Assembly: GCA_963700275.1 (NCBI GenBank)
Contig: CAVOWZ010000001.1
Span: 344,151 to 408,150, forward strand
Direction: 5' to 3'
Source of the DNA: an uncultured Bacteroidales bacterium
GTDB lineage: Bacteria; Bacteroidota; Bacteroidia; Bacteroidales; VadinHA17
DNA: 64,000 nt
The notes under the pieces were generated by a model. It made no database searches and had not been told where the DNA came from. It saw only the letters and a program-made list of their open reading frames with translations. Made by a program: the position numbers and the translations under genes. This document shows positions 36,811 to 47,700 of this stretch, piece by piece (within the stretch, counting starts at the first letter, position 1; each line of letters begins with the position of its first letter).

Positions 36811-36970
36811 ATTCATAAACTTTGTGTCCTTTGTGAAATCCTTAGTGCTCTTTGTGCCTGCCTGCCGTCAGGCAGGGTTAAACAAAAATTGTTATTTAAC
36901 CACAAAGGATCACTAAGGTTAGCACTAAGGAACACAAAGGAATTCAATAATTTAAGTATATTTATGAATT
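36811..36970. repeat. 160-bp imperfect palindrome built from ctttgtg / cttagtg words, with an inner cctgcctg/caggcagg hairpin
   Basis: attcataaactttgtgtcctttgtgaaatccttagtgctctttgtg ... cacaaaggatcactaaggttagcactaaggaacacaaagg ... tttatgaat. Confidence 0.8.
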
Positions 36971-37032
36971 AAAAAGAACAGAAAATTATTTATACGTATA
37001 AATTTATTATTTTTGTCGTATATAAACAATTT

Positions 37033-37290
37033 ATGGATGCAAAAATTACAATGTCATTCGACAAAGATGTAATTGCGAAAGCAAAGAAATTCGCTGAATC
37101 CAAGAATATAAGTCTTTCCCGTCTTACTGAGTTTTTACTAAGACAGATTACCAGCAGTAATACGAAAACCCTTGAAGATATAAAGGTTTCAGAATGGGTG
37201 ATGCAATTGTCAGAGGGTAAGGCTGAATATCATATACGAAGGCGATCCAGAAAATCAATGAAAAATGAATTTTTTAAGAACCAATTATGA
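37033..37290 (+). CDS. Antitoxin (DUF6364-like) of a type II TA pair
   Basis: 85 aa. The KITMSFDKDVIAKAKKFAESKNISLSRL pattern. Overlaps the PIN gene by 4 bp. Confidence 0.6.
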   Translation: MDAKITMSFDKDVIAKAKKFAESKNISLSRLTEFLLRQITSSNTKTLEDIKVSEWVMQLSEGKAEYHIRRRSRKSMKNEFFKNQL

Positions 37291-37706
37291 AGATTTTTCT
37301 TGATGCCAACATTCTTGTGACTGTCATTAACAATGAATATCCGCTTTTCAGTCTTGCATCAAGAATAATGAGCCTTCAGGATTATAAAAGGTTTACAGTC
37401 TATACTTCACCAATATGTCTGGCAATTGCATTCTATTTTGCAGAAAAGAAAAGCGGAACATTGATTGCTTTGAAAAAAATTTCCCTGCTTGCTTCAAAAA
37501 TAAATACAGTAACATCCGGGCAGAATGAAGTAAGACAAACTGTTTCCAACAGGAAAATCCTTGATTTTGAAGATGGTCTGGAGTATTACTCTGCACTGAA
37601 TGCAGGATGTGGCATAATAATTACGGAAGATACCGGCGATTTTCATTTTGCAGAGATTGAAGTGCTGAATTGCAGTCAGTTTTTTGAACGCTATTTTGCC
37701 GTCTGA
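37287..37706 (+). CDS. PIN-domain toxin (VapC-like)
   Basis: MKIFLDANILV (first acidic residue), ...DGLEY..., ...ITEDTGDF (distal acidic residues). Confidence 0.75.
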   Translation: MKIFLDANILVTVINNEYPLFSLASRIMSLQDYKRFTVYTSPICLAIAFYFAEKKSGTLIALKKISLLASKINTVTSGQNEVRQTVSNRKILDFEDGLEYYSALNAGCGIIITEDTGDFHFAEIEVLNCSQFFERYFAV

Positions 37707-37717
37707 TTTACCGGGAC

Positions 37718-38749
37718 TCACCTGAATATCTTCCTTTTATTCAATTCCCGCTGGTATATGGCTGCATACCTGTTATGCTCTGAAAGAGTCCTTGAGAAAT
37801 GATGATATCCCGAGAAATCAGCTTTTGCAACAAAATATAGATAATCATGCTTTTCAGCATTCAATACAGCATCGATACTTCCAATTGGAGGACATCCTAT
37901 GGGACCCGGAGGCAGGCCTCCGTTAATGTATGTATTGTAAGGTGAATCAATCCCGAGATGTCTTTTCAGAATCCTGGTCAATGAAAAATCGTTAAGCGCA
38001 AACTTGATTGTCGGATCAGCCTGAAGGGGGATTCCCCTTTTAAGCCGGTTAAGATAAACTCCTGCTATTTTTGGTTTTTCATCTGCTTTTGCAGCCTCTT
38101 CATCAACAATAGAAGCAAGGGTGGAGACCTCTACAGGGGTCAGGTCAATGGCTTCAGCCTTGGATTTCCGCTCATCGTTCCAGAATTTCCGGTTTTCTTT
38201 CAGCATTCTTTCATACAGTTCTTCAGGATCAGTGTTCCAGAAAAACTGGTAGGTATTCGGGATAAAAACAGAGATGATAGTCTCTCTTGAGAAACCATCA
38301 TCCTGGTAATATGAGCTATCCGTTAAAAAGTTTATTATTCCGGCTGAATCCGCACTGATCTGGCCGCCTATTTTGCCTGCAAGGTCGTAAAGAGTACGGA
38401 CATTATTGAAAGTTACATTCACAGGAGCCTGATCGCCTGAACGGAACATATTTATTGCCTCGACATAGCTCATCTTCTGTTTGATAACATACCGTCCGGG
38501 TTTAACATTTGCCGGATAATTCTTCCTCCTGGCAATCCGGTCAAAAACCACAGGGTGTTTTACAGGGATATGTGCCTTTATGGAATCCATTGCCTGGCTG
38601 TATGAAGCTGATTCGGGAATAAACAGTACTATCTCTTTCCCGGGTGGGACAATATTCATTCCGAATAATACTTTAATCAGCAGTATTAAGGCAACCGAAA
38701 ATATCAGTCCGGCAGACAACAGGAGAAATTTCAGTGTCTTATTTATCAT
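37718..38749 (-). CDS. mltG: Endolytic murein transglycosylase MltG (YceG family)
   Basis: N-terminal TM segment, then ASIVDEEA, YLNRLKRGIPLQADPT and SPYNTYINGGLPPGPI. Confidence 0.9.
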   Translation of the reverse strand: MINKTLKFLLLSAGLIFSVALILLIKVLFGMNIVPPGKEIVLFIPESASYSQAMDSIKAHIPVKHPVVFDRIARRKNYPANVKPGRYVIKQKMSYVEAINMFRSGDQAPVNVTFNNVRTLYDLAGKIGGQISADSAGIINFLTDSSYYQDDGFSRETIISVFIPNTYQFFWNTDPEELYERMLKENRKFWNDERKSKAEAIDLTPVEVSTLASIVDEEAAKADEKPKIAGVYLNRLKRGIPLQADPTIKFALNDFSLTRILKRHLGIDSPYNTYINGGLPPGPIGCPPIGSIDAVLNAEKHDYLYFVAKADFSGYHHFSRTLSEHNRYAAIYQRELNKRKIFR

Positions 38750-38883
38750 TGGCTTACAACGGATGCGCAAATTTACGGATAATGTTGGAAAGAGCAAAAG
38801 GTCTTAGGGTCATGCAGTCTATGGTCTTCCGGTCAAATTTTACAAGCTGTAGCTTTTATTACATTGAAGGCCGCACGGATTTG

Positions 38884-38936
38884 ACTCTGTGTAACTCTGT
38901 GATTCTCTGTGTAACTCTGTGTAAGTTCTTAATTCC
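38884..38936 (+). repeat. Four tandem ctctgtg-word units (half-element of the family at 11801-11904)
   Basis: actctgtgtaactctgtgattctctgtgtaactctgtgtaagttctt. Its end equals the reverse complement of aagaacttacacagag at 11858-11873. Confidence 0.7.
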
Positions 38937-39038
38937 CCCTTTCATAATTATTTCTTCTACTTTAAGATCATACTTTTACCTCACTTGTTTAATATTTATT
39001 AATATTTTTACAGAGCGAATAATAATTAAATCCTTTAA

Positions 39039-39408
39039 AATGTCTGTTTCGATGTTAATTTTACTTCTGGCAATCGGTTTAGTTACCGGTGTGATGGCCG
39101 GAATGCTTGGAATCGGTGGTGCCATTATCATGGTTCCGGCGCTTGTATTCATCATGGGATTCAGTCAGCAGATGGCACAGGGAACAAGCCTTGCAGTTAT
39201 GCTCCCTCCTATCGGAATAATAGCTGCATATAATTACTGGAAAGCAGGACAGGTGAATATAAAATTTGCCCTTATCCTTGCAGTGACATTTATAATTGGT
39301 TCATATTTCGGATCAAAGCTGGCTCTCACCCTGCCACAGCCGGTACTAAAGAAGATATTTGGCATTTTGCTTCTTCTTGTTGCTGCCAGAATGCTTTTAA
39401 GCAAATAA
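39039..39408 (+). CDS. Half-size TauE/SafE (DUF81) family membrane protein
   Basis: The 122-aa product has the G.LGIGGAIIMVPAL motif. The longer ORF-track extension upstream runs through non-coding repeats. Confidence 0.65.
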
Positions 39409-39410
39409 AA

Positions 39411-39440
39411 AAAGGGTCATACCTTCTGCACGACCCTTTT
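39411..39440. terminator. Hairpin terminator between convergent genes
   Basis: aaagggtc-ataccttctgcac-gaccctttt. Confidence 0.55.
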
Positions 39441-39457
39441 AATAACTCCCATGTTCC

Positions 39458-40073
39458 TCAGAACATTATCCCTAGGCTTAATATGAATGACGGCTGGCGG
39501 CTGTCGAGATTGAATGTCTGGTTTCCAATTGACACCGACTCGCCGAATCTTTCACTAAGGCTTCCGCCATATCTGGCATCAATAACCAGCTTGTTAAAAA
39601 TGTCCAGTCCAATCCCGGCCTGATAGCCGAATGTTGCACTCCTGTACAAATCACCGAAATCCGGATCATCAATCAGGGCTTTCGGGGAACCTATATTAAT
39701 ATTTGCCGATGGTCCGGCATTAATATGAAGCGGACCAAGCTTGATACCAAGGAGTAACGGGATTTCAAGACGGGTGAATTTCTGGTGGAGAACATCCTGG
39801 ACCGGTTACTGTTGTAACAGTGTAATCATAAGAATTGGAGGCCAGCATTATTTCAGGCTGAATAAAAATTGCACCGAGTCCAACACGCAGAAAAGCACCA
39901 GCCTGCAAACCCCATTGTGCATCCTTAAGGGTTTCAATATTATTTGTCCCTGAGCTTATTTTATAGGTCGGTACCGTGGCGGTATTGGCACCCAGCTTAA
40001 GTCCGAATTTGATCTGCGAAAAAACCGGCAGAACCAGAAAAGCTGCTAAGGTAAATACCAGTAATTTTTTCAT
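39458..40073 (-). pseudogene. Outer-membrane beta-barrel (PorT/OmpA-beta-barrel-like) protein with one frameshift near 39798-39808
   Basis: The signal peptide and first strands are in one frame. The remainder (VQDVLHQKFTRLEIPLLLGIKLGPLHINAGPS...DLYRSATFGYQAGIGLDIF...SLGIMF) is continuous in another frame. It has a terminal aromatic residue. Confidence 0.7.
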
Positions 40074-40212
40074 AATTTGTATTTTAAATTATTTAAATGA
40101 ATTTAGGAATAGGACTTTCATCACTATTTTAAGTAAAACGTTTAAAGCATAAAAAGGTTACAAAAAGTATTGAAAAACTCTGCTTTTAAGTTTAACGGGA
40201 AAAACAGGAGCT

Positions 40213-40749
40213 TTATTTCGCTGCGATAGTTGCAGATATTGCCTTTTTCATGAGGTCGAATTCCTCCCGGTCATAGAGGCGGGTAAGAAAAACAATCTTT
40301 CCCTGCCTGTCAATGATCACATTCCTTGTCACTCCTGCTTCCTTAAGGGCAAATAATCCGAAAATATCCGCACCTGGATCAAGTGCAAGAGGGTAAGTAA
40401 CACCAATATTATTTTTGAATTTAAGAACTGTTTCCAGGGGTTCATCCCTGTCGATACCTATTACAATAAGATCTTTATCTTTATTTGGCAGCCATATTTC
40501 TTTCTCTATAAAAGGCATTTCGGTTCTGCATACGCCGCACCAGCTTGCAGTGAATTGCAGCATTACAACTTTTCCTTTCAGATTCAGAGAGTCTGTATGA
40601 TCTTTCCGCCTGCTTCCCTGATCATGAAAATCGGGAGCCATATCTCCAACTTTCACGATATAACCTCTCTCATCTGCTTTTTGAGCATTGCTGCAGGATA
40701 ATGCCACTAAAAAAATAACCGTCAGGACTAACACAAACTTCTTTTCCAT
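40213..40749 (-). CDS. TlpA-family thiol:disulfide oxidoreductase (thioredoxin fold), lipoprotein
   Basis: ALSC lipobox and the WCGVC active site. Confidence 0.85.
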   Translation of the reverse strand: MEKKFVLVLTVIFLVALSCSNAQKADERGYIVKVGDMAPDFHDQGSRRKDHTDSLNLKGKVVMLQFTASWCGVCRTEMPFIEKEIWLPNKDKDLIVIGIDRDEPLETVLKFKNNIGVTYPLALDPGADIFGLFALKEAGVTRNVIIDRQGKIVFLTRLYDREEFDLMKKAISATIAAK

Positions 40750-40828
40750 GATAAAACTTTACTATCAAATTAAATTCCCCAAATTTATTAAACAATTTAT
40801 TATGACAAACGTTCATTTTTAACTAACA

Positions 40829-40866
40829 AGTGCCTGGAGTGCCTAAAGTGCCTAGAGTGCCTGGAG
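40829..40866 (+). repeat. Four tandem 9-mers agtgcct(r)(r)
   Basis: agtgcctgg agtgcctaa agtgcctag agtgcctgg, in a divergent promoter region. Confidence 0.8.
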
Positions 40867-40903
40867 TTAATAAATATTTTTACCTTAGTAGAAATTTGAC
40901 TTG

Positions 40904-42502
40904 ATGAAGTCGCTGAAGTATATTCTGACCGTTATCACAATACTGGCTGCACCAATTCTGTATTCCCAGGATACTCCAACAGAGAAAGGATTGAAGGCAA
41001 TAACTGCCGATGCACTGAAAGCGCAGCTTGGGTTCCTTGCATCAGACTGGATGGAAGGCCGGGCTGCGGGTGAAAAAGGAGAATATCTGGCAGGAGATTA
41101 TATTGCAAGCATGCTGCAACTTTACGGTGTGAAGCCCGGAGGTGATTATCTGAGAGGTACTGATTATCTTAATTCCCTTGTTCCCGGGGGAAGATCATAT
41201 TTTCAGAACTTCACCCTGATAAAGACCCTGCCTGACAATGAACCGGAATTCAGACTGGGATCGGTTTCAGGAGATCTGACCCGGGAAACAGGCTTTGCAT
41301 ATAACGTCGATTTTTCTGTCCGGCCATTATACAATTTTGTGGAGATTACAGCTCCTGTTGTCTTTGCCGGGTATGCATTTAAGAATGAAAAAATAAAATT
41401 CAACGACCTTGGCAAGACAGATATTAAGGGTAAGTTTATCCTTAAAATATCGGGTTACCCGGCATTTGCTGAAAAAAAACTGAGTCCTTCAGAAATTAAT
41501 GCCTCTACATCCTCATTAGAAAATTATGCAAGGGAAATGGGAGCAGCAGGCATAATTGAATTCAGTCCTTCGGCATCAGTGGCGGGAAGAGCAGAACCGG
41601 AAGAGTTCCTGAACCTCTCCCCTGCGGAAAAAGATCAGAATCGTGGCAGGATCAGGGCGAGATATACATTGCCCGGGAAAACATTTCAGGAAGAATTTAT
41701 AAGAATCTCTGTCTCCGCAAGGACAGCGGATGAAATTTTAAAGGGATCGGGAATAAATGTCGAAGACTATCTGAAACGGGCAGATTCAAACCAGCAATAC
41801 GAAATACCTCCCCTGACTGGAAAATCAATCTGTTTTAAATCACACTCAACTGCAGAACAACTGGCTGTAAGGAATATTATCGGCCTCATTGAAGGAAATG
41901 ATCCTGAAAAATTCATCGTGATCGGGGCCCACTACGATCATATGGGTATGAAAGACGGACTTATCTGGAACGGAGCAGATGATAATGCTTCAGGGACCGT
42001 GGGAGTCATGACACTGGCCAAAGCCCTGACAGCCACAGGTGTAAAACCGGAGAAGTCGATCATTTTTGCATTATGGTCATCTGAAGAGCTGGGTCTTCTC
42101 GGATCCCGTTATTTTGTAAGGAATTCTCCTTTCAATCTTAAAAGCATAACTCTCAATGTGAATTTTGATATGATCTCCAGGTATATCTCCGATGACAGTA
42201 AAAATGGGGTTGTAATGACATATACAACCTCATTGAAAGGATTAAAAGATATCACGGAGTCAAACCTGAAAAAATACGGTATCGATCTGGAAGTTAATTA
42301 TCAGCCATCTGATGATCCTCCGGGAGGCAGTGATCACAGATCGTTTGTTGAAGCCGGTATCCCAATAATGAGGTTTAAACCCGGTCATCGGGAAGAGTAT
42401 CATACACCGGCTGATGAAGCAGGAACTCTCAATTGGGATATAATGGAGAAGATTGTAAGGATTAGCTTTGCGAATGTTTGGGAGATGGCGAACAGGGAGT
42501 GA
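40904..42502 (+). CDS. M28 family metallopeptidase with a PA domain
   Basis: GAHYDHMG, DDNASGT, SSEELGLLGS and a late GGSDH block. Confidence 0.85.
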   Translation: MKSLKYILTVITILAAPILYSQDTPTEKGLKAITADALKAQLGFLASDWMEGRAAGEKGEYLAGDYIASMLQLYGVKPGGDYLRGTDYLNSLVPGGRSYFQNFTLIKTLPDNEPEFRLGSVSGDLTRETGFAYNVDFSVRPLYNFVEITAPVVFAGYAFKNEKIKFNDLGKTDIKGKFILKISGYPAFAEKKLSPSEINASTSSLENYAREMGAAGIIEFSPSASVAGRAEPEEFLNLSPAEKDQNRGRIRARYTLPGKTFQEEFIRISVSARTADEILKGSGINVEDYLKRADSNQQYEIPPLTGKSICFKSHSTAEQLAVRNIIGLIEGNDPEKFIVIGAHYDHMGMKDGLIWNGADDNASGTVGVMTLAKALTATGVKPEKSIIFALWSSEELGLLGSRYFVRNSPFNLKSITLNVNFDMISRYISDDSKNGVVMTYTTSLKGLKDITESNLKKYGIDLEVNYQPSDDPPGGSDHRSFVEAGIPIMRFKPGHREEYHTPADEAGTLNWDIMEKIVRISFANVWEMANRE

Positions 42503-42634
42503 ATGGTACGAGCCCTCCTACGCTAAAGCTTCGGAGGGTAATAGGTTCGAAGGCTCGATGGTTTGGTCGTGCGGTCATGCAGTCATGCGGTCTTTAGCAA
42601 TGCAGAAATGTTATTTTATTTAAATCCAAATACT

Positions 42635-43525
42635 ATGAAACGGAGAATGTTCATTTTACAGCTGTTAGTCTTGTTTGTTCTGGCAACAACTATTCAGGCA
42701 CAGGTAAACGCCAACGAGAAGCTTAGGATTATTGTGATAGGGGCGCATCCCGATGACCCCGACAAGGTAGGTGGGACAGCTCATAAATGGGCTATGCTGG
42801 GACATGATGTCCTGCTGGTTTCTCTGACCAGCGGGGATGCCGGGCATCAGTCACTCAAGCCTGCAAAACTGGCAAAGATCAGGAGAGAAGAAGCAAGGAG
42901 GGCCGGTGAAGCTATCGGAGTACGGTATATAACACTCAGTAACCACGACGGAAAACTAATGCCCACCTATAAAAACAGACTTGAAGTGATTAAGCTGATA
43001 AGGGAACATAAAGCCGATCTGGTGATCTTTCCGAGACCTTATGATTACCATCCCGATCACCGGTATACGGGAACTCTTGTACTTGATGCGGCATATATGG
43101 TTACTGTGCCCCGGATTCTTCCGAAGGTGCCGCATCTCGAAAAAAATCCTGTCTTCCTCTATATGAGCGACGGATTCGTTCATCCCGAACCATTTAAACC
43201 GGATGTATGCGTTATTATCGATGACGTTATAGAAAAGAAGATCGATATGTATCATCAGCATACGTCGCAGATGTATGAGTGGCTTCCTTATAACCGTGGA
43301 GGACTTTCAGAAGTCCCTGCAACTGAAGCTGAAAGAAGGGAATGGCTTGGAAAGACCCGTAAAAGCTCATCCAATGCCGGGGCATACCGCGAAAAGCTAA
43401 CCGAATTATACGGTGAAGAAAAAGCATCGGCTGCCAGATACTGTGAAGCTTTCCAGGACTCAGGGTACGGTACCCGACTCACAAAAGATAATATCAAAAA
43501 GTACTTCCCATTTATTGGTAACTGA
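42635..43525 (+). CDS. PIG-L/LmbE family deacetylase, secreted
   Basis: IIVIGAHPDDPD...SLTSGDAGH motif. Signal peptide begins at MKRRMFIL. Confidence 0.8.
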   Translation: MKRRMFILQLLVLFVLATTIQAQVNANEKLRIIVIGAHPDDPDKVGGTAHKWAMLGHDVLLVSLTSGDAGHQSLKPAKLAKIRREEARRAGEAIGVRYITLSNHDGKLMPTYKNRLEVIKLIREHKADLVIFPRPYDYHPDHRYTGTLVLDAAYMVTVPRILPKVPHLEKNPVFLYMSDGFVHPEPFKPDVCVIIDDVIEKKIDMYHQHTSQMYEWLPYNRGGLSEVPATEAERREWLGKTRKSSSNAGAYREKLTELYGEEKASAARYCEAFQDSGYGTRLTKDNIKKYFPFIGN

Positions 43526-43877
43526 GATACTGGCTGTTCTGCTTTAACTCAATAAAGTCGTTGCCAGTTTCCCGGTAACCATATTCGAAACAATAATGGA
43601 ATCTCTGTCCTCCTGATGTTTCGATTATATGGGTGAAAAAGCTGAAGTTATAACCAAGGGCAAACAGCGCATCTTTATGAACATCGTGCTTACCCTCGTT
43701 ATAGAGATCTGAGAGGATCCTTCTGTTCTTCCGCAGTAAACCATGCACATTCCGTACAAAATTGTTTGAATCGCGGTTAAGACGGTTATTGAAATTATTC
43801 CTGCACTGGTCGGAACAGAATTTCTTATCGGTGCGGCCGCGAATAACTTCGCCGCAATCGAGACATTTCTTTTCCAC
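43512..43877 (-). CDS. Conserved hypothetical zinc-ribbon protein
   Basis: N-terminal CLDCG...CSDQC four-Cys ribbon followed by a basic region. Confidence 0.5.
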   Translation of the reverse strand: MEKKCLDCGEVIRGRTDKKFCSDQCRNNFNNRLNRDSNNFVRNVHGLLRKNRRILSDLYNEGKHDVHKDALFALGYNFSFFTHIIETSGGQRFHYCFEYGYRETGNDFIELKQNSQYLSYQ

Positions 43878-43979
43878 AGCACTAAAGTTTTGATAAAGAT
43901 AAAAAAAAACGTTTACAAACGACTAGAAACGGATCTGAAAAAAGGACTTTATGGTGGGAAAAAATTGCTCTTCAGGCTG

Positions 43980-44717
43980 CTATGGACCCTGCGAAATAAG
44001 ATCATCCAGGAAATCGGCCAGTTTTAAAAGGTCAGCCCTGGAATTAAAATCAACCTTATTTGCCTTAAGATATTTGTTGATTATATCCTTCTTCGCCGGC
44101 AACAAAAGAAATATATTTTTTCTGGTAAATTGAAGATATTCGTGTGCTGGTGTTGAAAAATAATAACCAGGTGTATTCTGTAGCAGCCAGTCCTCATCAG
44201 GTACCAGATCATTTGTAAACCCCTTAGTTATCAGAAAACTATATGATTCGGAGGCAGAAGTTCTGTTTATTGTACCAAAAGCACCTTCCTTCTGGATATC
44301 TTTAATTATGATTTTCTGATTTAAGAAGACTCTGAACGAACCACTCCGGATAATTTCAAGATAACCGTTCCTGTAATAAAATGTATCTTGTGCAACAGTA
44401 ATGTATTTTATATCCTTTTTGTTTGCAATTATCAGTGTGTCAGCTGACCGGATAAATTCCATTTCACCGGAAAGAAAATTATAATTAAACCTCGCGGAAT
44501 TGGTTGTTCCGTTTTTTGAAACAGCTTTTCCATCGGCAAAATCCTGATACCTGTACCGGATATTAAAAGGGAAGTAATCAGTTACTCTTGTCCCTGCTTT
44601 TACCAGTACAGGTTCGGAATTTTGAGCTGTCAGAAAATGTGTTAATAATAAGAATAATGAAAAAGCAATATACCTGCTCATAATAGTTAACTTCTTCATT
44701 ATTAAGTGAAGCGTCAT
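43980..44717 (-). CDS. Hypothetical secreted protein, translationally coupled to the upstream DUF5107 gene
   Basis: Signal-like N-terminus. ATGA start/stop overlap at 44714-44717. Confidence 0.55.
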   Translation of the reverse strand: MTLHLIMKKLTIMSRYIAFSLFLLLTHFLTAQNSEPVLVKAGTRVTDYFPFNIRYRYQDFADGKAVSKNGTTNSARFNYNFLSGEMEFIRSADTLIIANKKDIKYITVAQDTFYYRNGYLEIIRSGSFRVFLNQKIIIKDIQKEGAFGTINRTSASESYSFLITKGFTNDLVPDEDWLLQNTPGYYFSTPAHEYLQFTRKNIFLLLPAKKDIINKYLKANKVDFNSRADLLKLADFLDDLISQGP

Positions 44718-47700
44718 AGTCCTTTGAATTTCTGTGCTATCTCATTTACAAGTCTGAAATCGTCATCGGACCCTGCAGGATTCCACGGAGTACCTTCTCC
44801 ATCGTCAGTTACTGATTTAAGAAGAGCAGCGGCATCCTCCTTTTTATTCTCTGACATCAGCTTAGCCCAATCGATTAATTTCTTGTTCCTGGTCATTTCT
44901 GTCCATTGTTTAAAATAACCCGAAGATTCTTCTGTGCGGCCAAGTTTTTTCAGCGCCATAACCGACAGGTAATTGATTGAATTGCCTCCCGATGGCTTGC
45001 CTCCGTTATAATCTGCAACTTTCGCGAGCAGTTCGGCCGAAAGCTTCTTATTACCCAGTTTTTCCTGAATCATTGAACTTATGAAATTCTCAGCCCTCTC
45101 ATCGACATTAAATGGCCGGCCGACGCCCAGGTTTTCAGGCCATTTATAGGAATTATTCGTATAAACAAGCGCTTTTCTGGCCTGGTTGGAAGAATAATAT
45201 TTTAACGCATTCATCAGATTTGCAGTCTTCCATGCCACTCTTCCTGAGCCTGCACCTTCATGAGGAAGAATTTCAGTATTCTCCAGAATTTTAATACTTC
45301 CATCATAATTGCCATTATATAACAGAGCCAACGCATGATCGAATTTTATTATGTATGACTCTCCGGCAACTTTCATAGCCCTGGTTGTGATGTCAAGAGC
45401 CTTGTCATACTTATTTTCTGAAGTGTAAAATCCATACAATACATGATACGATCTCCAGTTATCAGGACTCAGTGAGAGGGCTTTCAGGAGATCTGTTTCT
45501 GCATCCTGACCTTCTTTTTGTCTGAATGTACCCCTGGTCATATAGAAGCCGTAACTATCAGGCATATTCCCGCACTGATCAAAGTACCAGGCTGCTCTTT
45601 CAGTCTGCTGCTTACTCCAGTACAACAGAGCTGAATAATATTTAGTTTTCCATAACGGAACTTTACTTTCAGCCCACTTAAATATGTCGACAAATTCATC
45701 CCTGTACGGAAACACATACTTGTCATCTCCTTTGAGGGCTTTCTGGAGGTAAGTGTCACATCCGGAAGCATCATTATTTTTTTCAGCCAGATAAGCAGCA
45801 AGGTAGTCTGCAACAGGATTTGAAGGGCTTTGCTCCATAACGTTAAATGCTTCCTTTGTCAGTCCGGCATTCATATACCATAATGCCAGCTCTGTATAGG
45901 TTTCATACTGAAGCTCATTTGTTATTCCGGATTTAAATGCCTTAAGAGCTCCCGGATCTTTCGTCGAATAGTATTTTTCGAATGCAGCAAAATGATTGAG
46001 CGGATCTTTCTCAAGCAGGTCAGCCAGAATTTTATTGTAAACTGACAAATCATTTCTCAACCTGGCAATAACTGCCCTGGTATAAGAAATATTCTTATCG
46101 ATTGCATTATATAAACCTGCATCAGTTGCATATTCCCAGGCTTCATCGAGCCTGTTTTCCTGAAGGGCGATAAGAGCAAGCTTATTCCGTGATACTGCTT
46201 TGTACTGGGGCGAACGGAGTGTTATTCCAAAAGCATCTCTTGCCTTATTAAATTCCTTTTTCTTTGTAAGAAGAACACCGTAAAGAAAATTTGCATCCGG
46301 ATCATAAGTATTGAACCTGATCACTTCAAGTAATTTCTTCTCAGCCTCATCAAATTTCAGATTCCTGATATCAATATCGGCAAGACCGGTGAGTGCAGGC
46401 AAATACCAGCGATCCTTTTCAAGACATCTTTTAAAGTAAGTTTCAGCATCAGAATAAAGTCTTTGTTTGGCTTTTTCAATACCTGTTGTATAGAGACCAA
46501 AAACAGATTCCCAGTCAAAATCTTCCTGGATTACAAGCGGACGGTCAAGAAAATTTGCCTCTTTATCGGACATATTGTAATTTAATTCACCCTTTGCCAA
46601 TCTGAAAATTACGTTTTCAGTTTGAAGTGTGATCTTCTTTTCAAGTTCCTGTTCCGGTTCCAGGTCAAGCTGAAATTCCTGAAGGATCTTTCCGGACGGA
46701 TCGGTTATAAGGAGTTTATCATTAACGAATGAGAGAGCCTGGAATTCCAGTTTATATTCATTTCCTTCTTTTTCAATGTTAAATATCCCTTCACGTGAAA
46801 TTGCCTTCACATTACTGAAATTGCTCAGAGGGAACCATAATTCGGAGAAAGTTTCAACAGCTCCCGGTTCGAAGAACTGATGCTTGAACGGACTTCTGGT
46901 ACTTGCGTCTCCTTCCTGGTTAAAAAGAAGTCCGGTCTGCATTTCAATATATTGTGTATTTCCTTTCTCAGGATCAGTAAGCAGATCTGTCCAGATAGCT
47001 CCGTCGCGGGCAAGGGACCATATCCAAATCTTTTTCCCCGGTTTTACAGGTTGTCTTGTCCAGTGGCCGAATCCCGACTGGGTGTCATGATAATACCCTG
47101 CGAACCAGTCAGTATATTCTCCGAGAACATGATAACTGTGAGATGAGCCGTAATTGTTATTCTTATAAAATGAGATATCTCTTCCGTCTTCTCTTACAGG
47201 CCAGTCGGATGCGTCCCCGTCATGACCTATTTCCGCCTTCCCGGGAAAATAGAACCTAAGATCGTCTTTGCCATCAGCTGCAGCGGTCTGCCAGTGATAT
47301 AAAGATGTTTTCATATCCGTCGGATTATTCCAGTAGGAATTTATCTCGAACCAGGCTTTATCAGCAGGAAGTCTTATTTCAGCTCTCCATTCAGTGCGTG
47401 AGGTCAGCTCGAGTGATCCGACAAAACATGAAACACTTCCGTCAGGATTTTTTCTGAAGGAATAATCAACAGGGGTGGCAACCGTCGGTGCATGCCCGAT
47501 TGATCCGAAATTATGTTCTATACCGCCGGAGGTCCAGGGACCTCTCATTGAAATATCCCTGAACTTAACAACATTATTATGATAGATGAAATACTGATTG
47601 TTCTTCTTATCCAGGGCGCCCCATACCTTCCCTCCTATTTCCGGAGCAACCCAGACCTTGATCCACTTATTTTCGAGGACCACCATTTTATGCTTTTTCT

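Noticed and set aside
38734-39038. Long N-terminal part of the 224-aa ORF upstream of the TauE-like gene
   Set aside because: It runs through non-coding DNA that includes the ctctgtg word array and an AT-rich promoter-like sequence. Only the last 122 aa resemble a membrane protein.
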